Position numbers and translations under genes: made by a program
The notes under the pieces: model-generated
The model's input: the letters and a program-made list of their open reading frames with translations, nothing else
The model's database searches: none
Told to the model about the DNA's origin: nothing
Shown here: piece by piece, positions 12,490 to 25,557 of the stretch
Numbering within the stretch: the stretch's first letter is position 1
How the letters are laid out: every line of letters starts with the position of its first letter
NCBI RefSeq assembly: GCF_006345805.1
Contig: NC_042999.1
Location: 40,858,001-40,922,000 of the forward strand
Origin: Octopus sinensis
Lineage: Eukaryota
Length of the DNA: 64,000 bases
Reading direction: 5' to 3'

Positions 12490-12743
12490 ATACAATAAGA
12501 TGCTTCCAAATAGAAAAGCGTTGTGCTAGAAAGAGCAGTAGAAATCTCAAAAACCACAAAAAAAGGATAAATTCTCGAAAGGAATAAATTCTCGAAAGCA
12601 GTAGAAATCTCAAAAACCACAACGTTTTTAACGTTTTTAATTTTCATTCCTTTCGAGAATTTATCCTTTTTTTTTGAGGTTTTTGAGATTTCTACTGCTC
12701 TTTCTAGCAGAACGCTTTCCTATTTGGAAGCCTCTTATTGTAT
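12490..12743. repeat. Inverted repeat, ~96-bp arms (12490-12585 / 12646-12743)
   Basis: ATACAATAAGATGCTTCC...CTCGAAAGGAAT versus ATTCCTTTCGAG...GGAAGCCTCTTATTGTAT; the spacer re-copies pieces of the arm. Confidence 0.8.
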
Positions 12744-13519
12744 ACATATATAAACATATATGTGTGTATGTCTGTGCCTATATCTCTTAAGATATGCATA
12801 ATTCACGCATATATAGCTGGAGTGTATATATAAATATAAGTATATAGTTATATAAGTACAGAAATTTGAACAAGAAGTTACGTAAAAACGAGGACTTACA
12901 GTTACAATTGGCCATGCTGTATTGGAAATACTAGACGTTATTATATTAAAAAAAAGAAACAACTAAACGTGATAGAGTATGCTTAGCTCCGTTTCTGATA
13001 ACATGAGATATGGAACAAAACATTGGCTGTTAATGCCTCTATGCTGAGGAAATTCATTTTTAAACAGCTGTGTGTTTCTAATAACTACATTTACCAAGAT
13101 CTGTGTAGCAATTCTGATATGAGTATTACGAGAAATACAGACGTGAAAACTGGAAGAGAAAACAATTTTTTCTAATAAGATGTAGAAATATATATATATA
13201 ATGTAAAAGGCTGAAGGAAATATATAGATTGAAACACAAAGATAAACAGAGAGAAAAATGACTGAACGAAAAACGAAAAGCAAAACAGAAAAAGACAGAA
13301 AGGCAAGCAAAGCAGATTACATTAGGGGAAGAATAAAAACAATAAGGGAAGACAAAGAAGAGTGAAAAAGAATGAAATAATGGGAAGAGAGAGATAAAGA
13401 GTGACAGAAAGAAAGACAGAAAGACGCACAGAGAGCAAATAAAGTGTGAATTATGAGAAGAATAATAATAAAAGAATGATTAAAAGAAATCAAGAGCAGT
13501 AAGTTATTGGTTTGAAACT

Positions 13520-13730
13520 TTTGACACAAAGCCGGCAACTTCGGGGAAAGGGGTGAGTCGATTACATCTACCTAGTACTTGACTGGTACTTATTTTATCT
13601 ACTCTGAAAGGAGGAAAGGTAAAGTCGGCCTCGGCGGAATTTGAACTCAGAACGTAAAGACGAACGAAATGCCACAAAGCATTTTGCCCGTCGTGTTAAG
13701 GAGTCTGCGAGCTTGCCACCTTATAAAAAG
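13520..13730 (-). mobile_element. SINE family B (B2 tail), diverged
   Basis: Family B core plus the alternative tail ...CCCCTTTCCCCGAAGTTGCCGGCTTTGTGTC on the minus strand. Confidence 0.7.
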
Positions 13731-14572
13731 CAATAAATTATTTTAAAATTCTCGAAAAAAACACTAAGAGAATTTAAGGAGCAGCAGGCTGATGGCGATG
13801 ATGTCATATAGACATTTATGGTAAATAACACAAAATATATCAGTAGCAGGCGATAATCGTCCAGCAATGGTGGATGTATTGTTAGATGCGCATTTCAGCT
13901 TAATTGAGCTTTGTCAGTAGCAACTACTAGCTGATATTCACATGTTAAGACAAAATCCGTCATTGCTCATATAGGGAGACAATAATTGTAAGTCTCGCGT
14001 GATGCAATTAGCTGGCCTGCTAATATGATAATCCAAATGAATTTTTAAAATTTGATATTACTTCTGACTCACACATTAAATGATGAAATGTCATTGTTTG
14101 AAGACCTGTACTCGTAGTTATATTATAGCTTCTTACATTGGCACATTTGCAAGCAGGGAGCAGCCGAATTTACATCAAGCCCAATACATATCTTCGGTGC
14201 TTTATTTTTCGAAATCACTGAGGGACGAAAGGTAATTTAGAAACTTGAACATAAAGAAATGGAGCTAATACTAAAATCATCGTAATATGAGGATTTACTT
14301 TCGACTTTTTTTTTTTCATTTTTATTGCATTGGCATAAAACTAAACCCATATTGGATTTACACTAACGTGGGAGAATCCACATTTTACCTCAAAAGAATT
14401 TGAATTCAGAGAGAACAGGGACGTGATTAATAGCCATTTTTACAATTCCACCCGGGTCTCCCACAATAATAAAATGATTTGAACATAGCAATATACACCA
14501 GTTTGTGTTTTATCCCAGTTGAGTCCTGATTGAGAAGAATTATAATCAAAAACATAATTTCTGACCCCATCT

Positions 14573-14607
<35 letters not shown>

Positions 14608-14727
14608 TTATTATTTGAAGAATGAAGAATTTGAGCATTCAAACTTTTACACGTGGCACACGTAATCTCATGTATATACGTGTACGTTCAAAGAGACATG
14701 GGCGTACGTTCAAACAGATACAGGTTC

Positions 14728-14804
<77 letters not shown>

Positions 14805-15204
14805 AAGACTATTTATTTCCAGTTAATTTATTCATAATAATAGTCCGACAAGTATTTCGATCGCACCACCTGCGAATTGCTGCATATTCATATGCAGCGA
14901 TTTATGCCTTATTAGTACACTATCTTCAGAGCATATAAGTATGACATTGTTCGAAGAGGAATTTTACTTTGCTATTAGTTTGAATTACGCTTGGTAGTAG
15001 TAGAAGTAGTAAACCATAACATTCTTCCGTGAGATGTTTTTCCCAGCTGTTAGTTTGGGAAAAATTCAATAGCAATAGTACTTGCTGAAGTTAACAAATG
15101 TTCTTGGCTAAGAAGGAGCGGTTACGAAAAGAATACTTATTTCTTATAGATTCTACATACTTTACAGTCGCAAGGTCATTTGATGGATTTCTGAGTTGAG
15201 TATC

Positions 15205-15500
15205 TGCCTGGATATCTTGCTGGCAGAATCTTTAGCAAGCCGGGCGAAATGCTTAGCGGTATTTCTTCTGCCGTTACGTTGTGAGTTCAAATTCCGCCGA
15301 GGTCCAATTTGCCTTTCATCCTTTCGGGGTCGATAAATTAAGTACCAGTTACACACTGGGGTCGATGCTATCGACTTAATACCTATGTCTGTCCTTGTTT
15401 GTCCCCTCTATGTTTAGCTCCTTGTGGGTAATAAAGAAATAGGTATTTCTTCTGCCGTTACGTTCTGAGTTCAAATTCCGCCGACGTCGACTTTGCCTTA
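15205..15500 (+). mobile_element. SINE family B full unit followed by a headless second unit
   Basis: Junction GGTAATAAAGAAATAG|GTATTTCTTCTGCCG. Confidence 0.8.
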
Positions 15501-15639
15501 TTATAAGTGCTTTATTCTAAGTGCTTCTTTTCTTTAAAGATGTTATGCTAAGATTTTAACAAATTTGATTGGTATATCTAGCGCTCGGACAATGACTTAG
15601 TCCTGATTCAAATGAGTCATGATCAATAATACTGGATTC

Positions 15640-15870
15640 TAAAGCTGGCAGAATTGTAAACACACCGGGCAAAATGCTTAGCGGCATTTCGTCCGACTTT
15701 TACGTTTTGACTTTAAATGCCACCGAGGTCGACTTTGCCTTTCATCCTTTCGGGGTCGGTAAAATAAGTACGAACTGAGCACTGGAGTCGTCGGAATCGA
15801 TTTGCTTTCCCCACCCACGAAGCTTCAGACCTTGTGCCAAAATTTGAAACCGATAATACTCGATTTTTAA
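15640..15870 (+). mobile_element. SINE family B (B2 tail), diverged
   Basis: Head, core and GACCTTGTGCC tail. Confidence 0.7.
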
Positions 15871-15957
15871 TCAGTTAGCTTTTATTATCTTTTTGTTTTG
15901 TGTGTGTATGTGTGGTGTGTGTGTGTGTGCCTCTGTGTGTGTGCCTCTGTGTGTGTG

Positions 15958-16004
<47 letters not shown>

Positions 16005-16719
16005 CTCTGTGTGTGTGTGTGTGTGTGTGCCTCTGTGTGTGTGCCTCTGTGTGTGTGTATGTGTGTGTGTGTGTGTGTGTGTGTTGTGAAGGACTACTTT
16101 ATTTAATGCGGCCCTTTCTGCTTTAAGACGCTGCTGTGTGTGCATTTCTGGAGTTTAGCTGTTAGGTATAGCAGATGAAGCTCTACGCCGTGATTCCCTC
16201 TATGGCTGGCTCAGTCAGACACCAATGCATTGTTATGGAGTTTAAATTCGATTGAATCGAGAGAACTGCTTCACTGGTGAAGATATAAAAAGATGAAAGG
16301 GAAAGCTGTGCTCGACCATGTTTGAACTCAGAAGACAGGGCAACGGAACTAAATAATACAAGTAATTAATTGATCCGTCCTTCTCTATCATTTCGACTCC
16401 ACAACCTACCAACACCCTCTTCACACGTTTGCCATATAATGGTATTGAATTAATTCATCTATTCAGCTTTGTAATTTACAAATAAAGTGATTATACCAAA
16501 CAAAGAGATAAGTGAAATATTTAATTATATGCACTAGACTTCAATTGTGACACTCATTGACATTGCAGTGCAGGAATTTGACGTTATCGTTAGGAGTTCT
16601 TGTAAGGGTTAAGAAGTTAAAGCTTACGAGAAATCATAATAATGACCCGTTTATTGGCATGAACGTAACAACATACATACAAACATGCGAATATGTGAAT
16701 GGCATTTAGCTAGCCAGCA

Positions 16720-16870
16720 AGTTGTGTGTGTGTGTGTGTGTGTGTGCGTGTGTGTGTGTGCGTGTGCGTGTGTGTATTAGATCCTTACCTAGTCTATTTT
16801 TATATCAGTCTCTATATTTACATCTCTCTCTCACACACACACTCTTTCTCTCTCTATCTTTACACACACA

Positions 16871-16908
<38 letters not shown>

Positions 16909-16946
16909 GATAGATAGATATATAGATAGATAGATAGATAGATAGG

Positions 16947-16978
<32 letters not shown>

Positions 16979-16979
16979 C

Positions 16980-17017
<38 letters not shown>

Positions 17018-17098
17018 ACAGACAGACAGACAGATAGATAGATAGAGAGATAGATAGATAAACAGATAGATAGATAGATAGATAGATAGATAGGTAGG

Positions 17099-17133
<35 letters not shown>

Positions 17134-17147
17134 CTAGATAGATAGAT
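16720..17147. repeat. (GT)n/(CA)n then (GATA)n/(GACA)n microsatellite; left flank of the Tx1 insertion
   Basis: Directly visible. Confidence 0.95.
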
Positions 17148-19334
17148 ATGTTTCTTTATTAGCTACACAGGGCTGCACACAGATAGAACAAATTACAAGG
17201 TAGAGCTTTTCTTTTGAAGGTAAAAAAAATAAAAAATAAAAATAAAAATAAAAATAAAAAAGGGGGGGCGATCAAAAGGGATCGTAAAAGGACAAAAAAA
17301 GGGGGGGGGGGTAAAAAAAAAGGGGGAGAGGAAAAAAAATTGATCAATAGGGATCGTTATCACAGAAATGTCAATATGAAGTGTAAAGGGGAGGACAGGT
17401 GAGGTTTACCCGTGGAAAGAAAAGCCTACGGAAAAGACCACGGTAACCTCGGTCAATGAAGTCACATGTTATATTTCTTTTTTTTTTTTTTTTTTTGCAA
17501 ATAAGCAACTCTCTGTATTAATTTTTACGGTTCATAGAATCATAGTCAAGGTGGTTTCGTCATTCATACGTGCCATCCTTGCTACATTCACCCATCTTTT
17601 TTTAAAACATTCACTAGACAAAACTTGCCTCTCTACTCTCACTTTTTTCTTCAAGTGATACTTGAAGAAGTTGATGAGAGATTGACCAGAGAGGAAAGTG
17701 TTTGTCTCTAATCCTTTCAGGCGCGTCCACCAGATACATTCTTTCGCCATAGCCACAAGTATGATAAAAATAGCTCTTCCTTCCCGTTTGAAGGAAGGAG
17801 GCGTGACGATATTAACGATAGACTCGGCTGATAAACCGACACGTCCCACACGTGACAGCAGTCGTTCGACATAAGCCCACAGGTGGGAAATTGCTGGACA
17901 CTGCACGATTGCGTGCAGAGCGGTTCGTCGCTCTGCCCGCATCTCGGGCAGGTCGGCCCCGTGTTTCTCGAGCCATGCCTATAGAGCTTATCCCGAACGG
18001 GTAGCGCTTCTCGGTAGCACCGCCAGGCCAGGGATCTCTGGAAGTTGTCCATAGGTCCCGGGCCGAAAGTCGTTTGAAACAGGCGGGTCAGGTATTCCTC
18101 GTCGACGCCCAGGTTTGCCCCGAGCTCGTCGTCGTACCTCCCCTCCACTAATCCCCTATAGAATGCTTTGGTTGTGTTGAAGTCACTCAAGGTCGACCCG
18201 GGACGGCAGAGTTGCTTGAGAGCAACGCGACACTCGCGGTGCCATTCGCCCTTCCTCGGCCTCTTTTTGATCCACGACTGTAGTTCGGTCATGGAGACGA
18301 GTTGCGGGAATGCGTGCCTCACAAACGGCGACCACACCTGTTCACCGTCGTCTACATAGAGCCGGAGATGTCGCAGTCTCAGCGCGTGTCTGCGCATCAT
18401 CAACCACGGCATGCCCAGCCCTCCTTTTAACGGGTGTTGACAGCAAATGGATCGCCTGACCATCGGGACGCATCCTTTCCACAAGAAGCGGAAGAGGATG
18501 CGTTCTAGTTTGGTGATGGTAGGGTCGGGACAAGGTACGACGGTCAGGCGGTAGTAGATGATGGACGCGATGTACGCGTTCACCACCTCCGCCCGACCTT
18601 TTAGGGACAGTTTCCTCTCGGCCCATTGCCGGGCGAGAGTGACCACCCTACTCGTTATCTCGTTCCAGTTCTTCTCCATTTGGAGGTCCGGACCGAACCA
18701 GACCCCGAGCAACTCAACCGGGCCGTCTGTCCAGCGTCCCACGACGGAGGTACTGGTGGACGGCATGGGCTTGCTTCTCCAGGTGCCGAGCCGCAGGCTC
18801 ACTGACTTTTCCCGGTTGATTTTTGCTCTTGTCACCGCTTCGTAGTCTTTCAGTGTCTCGCCGACCCGCTCGATGTGCTCGTGGCTTGACACTATGACGG
18901 TGACGTCGTCCGCGTATGCAGACACGCTCGTCCCGCATCCCAATTCTCGCGGGATGCCCCTTAGAGTCGCCAGCTTCCGCAGTAGTGGCTCAAGAGTCAA
19001 TACGTATAGAAGCGCCGAGAGGGGGCATCCCTGACGGACCGAACGTGCAATGTCGAAAGGTCTCGATAGATGTCCATTTACGCGAATTACCGAACGGATG
19101 CCTCTGTACAAGGCAGCTATCTAGCCGCGGAAGACGGAACCGAAACCAGCCGCTGTCAGGACTGCCTCCAAGTATCGATGGTCTACCCTATCAAAGGCTT
19201 TCGATTGATCCAAGTTGATCAGGGCCCCACCCATGCCAGGTTCGTTAACTACCCTGTCTATGATGTAGCGCATGAGATGGAGGTTGTCATAGATGCTCCG
19301 GCCCGGCACGGCGCACGTTTGTGCGTTGTCGACC

Positions 19335-19335
<1 letters not shown>
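17148..19335 (-). mobile_element. 5'-truncated Tx1/L1-clade non-LTR retrotransposon
   Basis: RT motifs LDQSKAFDRVDH, VRQGCPLS, AYADD; C-terminal CPRCGQSDE..HAIVQCP zinc region; 3' UTR ending AATAAAGAAAC; (GATA)n on both sides. Confidence 0.9.
17532..19335 (-). pseudogene. ORF2 3' part (RT + zf-RVT-like region) with one in-frame stop (19121-19123, TGG>TAG) and one frameshift (~17920)
   Basis: ORFs 19121-19309 and 17717-19111 share a frame; 17532-17942 supplies the C-terminus. Confidence 0.88.
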
Positions 19336-19375
<40 letters not shown>

Positions 19376-19424
19376 TACGTGAGATCCTAACCAAATCTAT
19401 TTATGTATCTAAATATCTATATAT

Positions 19425-19530
19425 CGGGGTCGATAAAATTAGTACCACTTATGTACTGGGGTCGTTGTAATCGATTTAATCCCTTACCCCAAATTTGAGG
19501 CCTTGTGCTTCTAGTAGAAAGGAATTATTA
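19425..19530 (+). mobile_element. SINE family B (B2 tail), 3' fragment
   Basis: CGGGGTCGATAAAATTAGTACCA...GAGGCCTTGTGCTTCTAGTAGAAAGGAATTATT. Confidence 0.7.
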
Positions 19531-19809
19531 AAGTTGAAATAGTGTGATACACTGACATATACACTTATTGTTTTAGATATATTAATTTTAGGGAGACACC
19601 TTATTTCAATTAAAGTGTATTTTATATATATATATATATACATACTAGTAGATGCACCCAGCGTTGCCTGGGAATGAAATTTTTCCTTATATATTGGAAG
19701 AAAAATGCAAAATATGTTGTATAGAAATTTGTTATTCAAAATTCAATTTATTCTTCAATTGGGATATAATCTATTCTTTAACTGGGAAATCAATTTTGAA
19801 CTCATAATA

Positions 19810-19861
19810 GAAAATAATAATAACAATAATAATAATAATAATAATAATATTAATAATAATG

Positions 19862-19910
<49 letters not shown>

Positions 19911-19927
19911 TAATAATATTGATGATG

Positions 19928-19982
<55 letters not shown>

Positions 19983-20010
19983 GAAGAAGAAGAAGAAGAA
20001 GAAGAAAAAT
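19810..20010. repeat. (AAT)n followed by (AAG)n inside the Helitron 3' region
   Basis: Directly visible. Confidence 0.95.
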
Positions 20011-21136
20011 AAACGAAAATAACAAAATTTACCACTTTTATATGAAAGGAGATAAATTCTATCACACATGAAGGAAATTACGTAAGAGCTTCTGGGTAAA
20101 CAACATTCTTTGTTTTCTGGTTTGGAGCATAGACAAATAAGTTTTGCAAACTACCAGCCATGGAGCAACCAACATAAAGGTGATCATGAGAAAAGCAAGC
20201 CAGTAGATTTCAAAGACTGGCCTTTAGCTTTACTAATTGACATTGCAAACAAAATCGTGCTGGGACTTGTGCTTATTTGAACTCAAATAGCATGACTGTT
20301 GGTTTGATTGGAATACTTAGAATGAAAGTCTCTTACCCAGAGGCACATCCATTGATAATGGTAGCTTCTGACATACTAGATGGTAATGTCTTCACAATCA
20401 ACCTTGACCCATTGCATAATTTAGGGGAATCTAAATTTCTTAGAAGCATTATTGAGACTCCTGCCTTCAGAAAAAGACTTATGTGGAGGAATTCCAGGTG
20501 GCTCAAGAGAATTAAGGAATTCTGTTGGGTAATGGACAGCTTGATTTTCATCAAGGACTGAATCAACTGATTTATACTGTTGAAATCTTATTCATTAATT
20601 CAAGGTTAGTCCTTGCTACTGTCTCTTTTTTTTTTTTTTTTTTGAGCAAGAATTGTCTTTTCACATAACCATTTATATGAATTATAATCATTAGTAAGTC
20701 TGAAAATACCATTATTCAATTCAGCTGGGGAATTCACCATGAGAGCAATATGAGCCAAACTGATATCACCATTCCCATGAAATGGTACTTTCCTATTTCC
20801 TAATTGGAGGAGCCAGGTTGAAAACTGTTTTGCACATTGGTCTCCATGTCATAAAGTTTCCTAATAAAACCCCTCCCATAGATTTATTGTTGCCTCTGAT
20901 GTTCTGTAAGGTCTTACCAAGAGCTTCCATTGCACCTTTATGTGACATGGCGCATTCATCCCAAATGATAAGGTGGCATTGGTACAACACTTCTGCTGAA
21001 CCTGAATCTTTGCTTATGTTACAAATTGGAATGTCATTTGTGACTAGGTTTAGTAGTAATTTTAAAGCCAAATGAGCTGTTCGTCCTCCTGGAAGAACGG
21101 TTGTAGCAAAGCGCGGCAAAGGTACTGCAACGGCAA

Positions 21137-21523
21137 GTGGAGGCACAATGGCCGAATGGTTAAGGCAGCGGACTCGCGGTCGGAGGATCGTGGTTTCGAT
21201 TCCCAGACCGGACGTTGTATGAGTTTATTGAATGAAAACACCTAAAGCTCTACGAGGCTCTGGCAGGGGGTGGTGGCGACCCCTTCTGTACTCTTTCGCC
21301 CCAACTTTCTCTCAGTCTTTCTTCCTGTTTCTTGTCCCCGACTTCCTACGCCACCGCTGAGTCTGGATGTGCATTCATCCATCCGTCGATGCTCTTGGTG
21401 TCGGGGCTTGACCTGTTTTCTCTTCTGCGGGTCTTACGAATAGCAAAAGGACCACGATTCGGACTTCTCCCACTGCGAGCTCTGGGACGAAGACCGCTTC
21501 GCTCAACAGCAACAGCAACAACA
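21137..21523 (+). mobile_element. SINE family C head/body with tail X ending (CAA/CAG)n, nested in the Helitron helicase
   Basis: tRNA-like head GGCACAATGGCCGAATGGTTAAGGCAGCGGACTCGCGG..GGTTTCGATTCCC; helicase sequence continues on both sides with a degenerate ~10-bp duplication. Confidence 0.8.
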
Positions 21524-22409
21524 TCTACAGCAATTCTTTTTTGTTACCATATCTTGGAGAGAAGCAATGTTACAAATGTATTGCCTGTGTCACCAAGAGC
21601 ATCAAAAAAGTAAATTCCTCTGCTTTTTTCTGGTGATTGTGGAACGCCGCACGCACGCAAAACACACACACACATACACACAGATACATATATGTACAAT
21701 ATCAAACATCAGATGAAATGGATGTGTGTGTGAGAGAGAGAGAGAGGGAGTTAGTGAGAGAGCGAGTGTAGGGGTGTTTTGTCATGTATACATAAATATA
21801 TATGCATACATCTTTTTTTCTCTGTATGTGTGCGTGTGTGTGTGAGAGAGAGAGAAAGAGAGATAGAGAGTGCCACTTAGACATTTCTTTCTCTCTCTCT
21901 CTCTCTCACACACACACCCACCAGGAACGTTGTCTACAAAGAAGTCCTGAAATTACACTTTTGAACCAACCACAGATACACACACAGAGAAAAAGATGTA
22001 TGCATATGTATTTATGTATAGACATATACATAACAACACACCCAATCACTAACACACGCACAGACATACACAGACATGCATAAATGTATACAAACGTACA
22101 TGAAAAAAAACACAGGTTTGCGTGTGTGGCTCACTGCAAATACATAGAGCTGAAAATACAGCGTACAAAGAGAAAATAAATATAAGAACTTTACGGAAAT
22201 TAACGAAGTGTGCGAGTTCAGAACGAAATAAATCGTGGTGTGTGTGTGTGAGAGACAGAGAGAACATAGCAAGCAAGGAATGAGATATACATGGAATGAA
22301 AAAAATTGTATAAATAAAAGCACGTTAAAAAACTATCTTGTACCGAATATTTAAATTTGTGAACTTCGTAAATATTTTTTTCAGTAATTTATCGTAGTGG
22401 TTTACAAAT

Positions 22410-23174
22410 AAAGATCGACTGGCTCAATCACCCTTGGTACGATTCTAAAACTTCTGAGAAAAGGATAGAGGTAACTGAGATCGGCATTAATTTCTGACTG
22501 ATAGTGATCAAACATTTTGTTGATCCGAAGACTAGATCTATGCAAACCTGATTTATGCTCAGAACATAAACGAACCTACGTAAATATCTCTTGCTTTATT
22601 TATCGTTGACGCTCGATTGAACAAAAAGAATCTAAATTTAAAAAAAGCAAAATCACCCTCGTCGGGATTTGAGCTCGGAACACAAAGACCCAGAATAATT
22701 GCCGCATCGCGTTTGTATACCACTCTTTGTTACACGCACACACACACAGTAATTTATTTCTTTATTGTCCACAAGAAGCTAAGCATAGATGGGACAAACA
22801 AGGACAGACAAAGGGATTAAGTCGATAACATCGACGCCAGTGCGTAGCTGGTACTAATTTAATCGACCCAAAAAGGATGAAAGGCAAAGTCGACCTCGGC
22901 GGAATTTGAGCTCAGAACGTAGCGACAGACGAAATACCTATTTCTTTACTATCCACAAGGGGCCAAACACAGAGAGGACAAACAAACAGATTAAGTCGAT
23001 TATATCGACCCAGTGCGTAACTGGTACTTATTTAATCGACCCCGAAAGAATGTCAGGCAAAGTCGACCTCGGCGGAGTTTGAACTCAGAACGTAGCGACA
23101 GACGAAATACCGCTAAGCATTTCGTCCGGCCTGCTAACGATTACTAATTTTTTATCATCCATTAGGACATACAT
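22410..23174 (+). repeat. Local duplication, copy 1 (contains a minus-strand SINE B dimer at ~22755-23145)
   Basis: Collinear with 26229-26850, including unique flanks; this copy has ~143 extra bp. Confidence 0.85.
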
Positions 23175-23279
23175 TAAAAGAGAGAGTGAGAGACTCCACC
23201 GTTTCTACGTCAATACCGAAAGTTGACATTGAGAAACTCTTTTAAAGAAGTGAATCATAAATATAAAGCAATACTCATT

Positions 23280-23660
23280 TACTCTTTTACTTGTTTTTAA
23301 TCATTTGACTGCGGCCATGCTGGGGCACTGCCTTTAATCGAGCAACTCGACCACGGGACTTATTCTTTTGTAAGCCCAGTACTTATTCTATCGGTCTCTT
23401 TTTGCCGAACCGCTAAGTAACGGGGACATAAACACACCAGCATCGGTTGTCAAGCAATGCTAGGGGGACAAACACACACACACACCTATATATATACATA
23501 TATACGACGGGCTTCTTTCAGTTTCCGCCTACCAAATCCACTCACAAGGCTTTGGTCGGCCCGAGGCTATAGTAGAAGACACTTGCCCAAGGTGCCACGC
23601 AGTGGGACTGAACCGGGAACCATGTGGTTGGTAAACAAGCTACTTACCACAAAGAGCCTA
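23280..23660 (-). mobile_element. SINE family A
   Basis: Head-to-tail match to the other A copies. Confidence 0.85.
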
Positions 23661-23762
23661 TTATTTGTCCGAGGTCAAATTATTCATGCATCACAAGAAT
23701 GGGAATAATTAGTGAAGCCGATTTCACGTGAAAGGTGAATACACACATATTTCTATCTAGAT

Positions 23763-24072
23763 GAGGTGCAATGGCACAGTGGTTAGGGCAGCGGACTCGC
23801 AGCGATAGGATCGCGGTTTCGATTCCCAGGCCGGGCGTTGTGAGTGTTTATTGAGCGAAAACACCTAAGGATCCACGAGGCTCCGGTAGGGAGTGTTGAC
23901 GATCCCTGCTGTACTCTTTCGCCAAAACTTTCTCTCACGCATTCTTCTGTTGGCCTGCTCGCCTAGCCAGCGGGGTGGCGTCATTTGAAAGCTAAAACAA
24001 TGCGAAGCGCATTGTGACCAGCGATGTGTAGCAACATCTGATAGCCTGGTCGGTCACAGTGATCACGGTGAT
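23763..24072 (+). mobile_element. SINE family C head/body with tail Y
   Basis: Same first ~180 bp as 47128-47519, then the unrelated tail ...GTGACCAGCGATGTGTAGCAACATCTGATAGCCTGGTCGGTCAC. Confidence 0.8.
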
Positions 24073-24079
24073 ATATTAG

Positions 24080-24136
<57 letters not shown>

Positions 24137-24629
24137 TGTGTGTGTGTAATAAAGAAAGCAAAATACAAAACAAAAATAATAGTGTTCAGCATGTTGGCGA
24201 CAGGAATTTCTGTCAAAGAGACATGGTTAAACAAAGTTGTACATCATCTCCCTGTTTTTCTCACATATCCACTCTTTCTCTCTCTTTTATTATTACTCCC
24301 ATTGCCACCGTCATACTACTACTTTTAATAACACATCATTAACTCTCCTTAAATTTCTTTGTCTCTCTTTCTCTCCCTCTCTTTTTCTCTGACTCTCTCT
24401 ATCTATCTCCTCCACCGCCCTCACCATCTCTATGCCTACTGCTACTCTCACCCCATCATGAGGAATAGTAGGTGTGTCGTTGAATAGTGAGAGGTGGGGG
24501 GGTCTAAGTGCGACACACAGAAATTAGTTTTCGTACTTATTAGATAGATATATAGATAGACAAACAGACAGACAGGCATACAGACAGACAGACAGACAGA
24601 CAGGCAGACAGACAGACAGACAGACAGAC

Positions 24630-24670
<41 letters not shown>

Positions 24671-24812
24671 TAGACATAGATAGTTAGGCAGAAGTAATAG
24701 AGTGACTCAAGGTCTGAAAGTCTTGTGCGTTGGCACTTATCGAAGTCACATTTTGAGTTCTATTTTTTCCCGTTTGCTTCATATATATATTATATATATA
24801 TATATATATATA

Positions 24813-24850
<38 letters not shown>

Positions 24851-25336
24851 CCAGCGTATATATGTATCCATGACTTTATGAACATATATGTGTATGCGTG
24901 TATATGTGGTTGTATATCTAACAATTAGTTAATTCCCAGAGAAAAGTTTATAATCGTGTGTGTGTCGGTGTAAAGAAAAGGATAACTTCGAAGGTTCAAC
25001 TTGCTTACCTTTATCAAAATTATGCTTTATGTCTTTTTGTTTTGTTTTTTTTTACTTTATGTAGGTTTTTTTCCCTCATTTTTGCCTGGTTATATATTTG
25101 GACATGTACACACATGCATACATACATAGCTACATACACATGTAATTCCATATTTTCGCCCACCTCTCTCTTCCTTTTTATAGACAGATATACAATGAGA
25201 GAGACAAATACACGATGAGTTTAAGTGCAGTTTACCAACTTTACCAAGTGCCTAATATGTGTGTGGCGTTGTGAGACTGAAACTAATACCACGTGATTTA
25301 GTAGCAATATTTTCAACCCTGCAGCTATACATATAC

Positions 25337-25557
25337 CTATTTCTTTACTACCCACAAGGGGCTAAACACAGAGAGGACAAACGGATTAAGTCGATAATAT
25401 CGACCCCAGTGCGTAACTGGCCCTTAATTTATCGACCCCAAAAGGATGAAAGGCAAAGTCGACCTCGGCGGAATTTGAACTCAGAACGTAGCGGCAGACA
25501 AGACAAAATACTGCTAAGCATTTCGCCCGACGTGCTAACGATTCTGCCAGCTCGCCG
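25337..25557 (-). mobile_element. Full-length SINE family B (B1) with ~20-bp target-site duplication
   Basis: CCCTGCAGCTATACATATAC at 25317-25336 and 25558-25577. Confidence 0.9.

Larger units (their letters stand above)
19645..21640 (-). mobile_element. Helitron relic: degenerate PIF1-like helicase plus intact 3' end (hairpin + CTAG)
   Basis: Decayed motifs DALGDTGNT (Walker A), [44 protein letters not shown]. The 3' terminus CCCAGGCAACGCTGGG-N7-CTAG|T lies at 19645-19672, in the same orientation. Confidence 0.88.
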
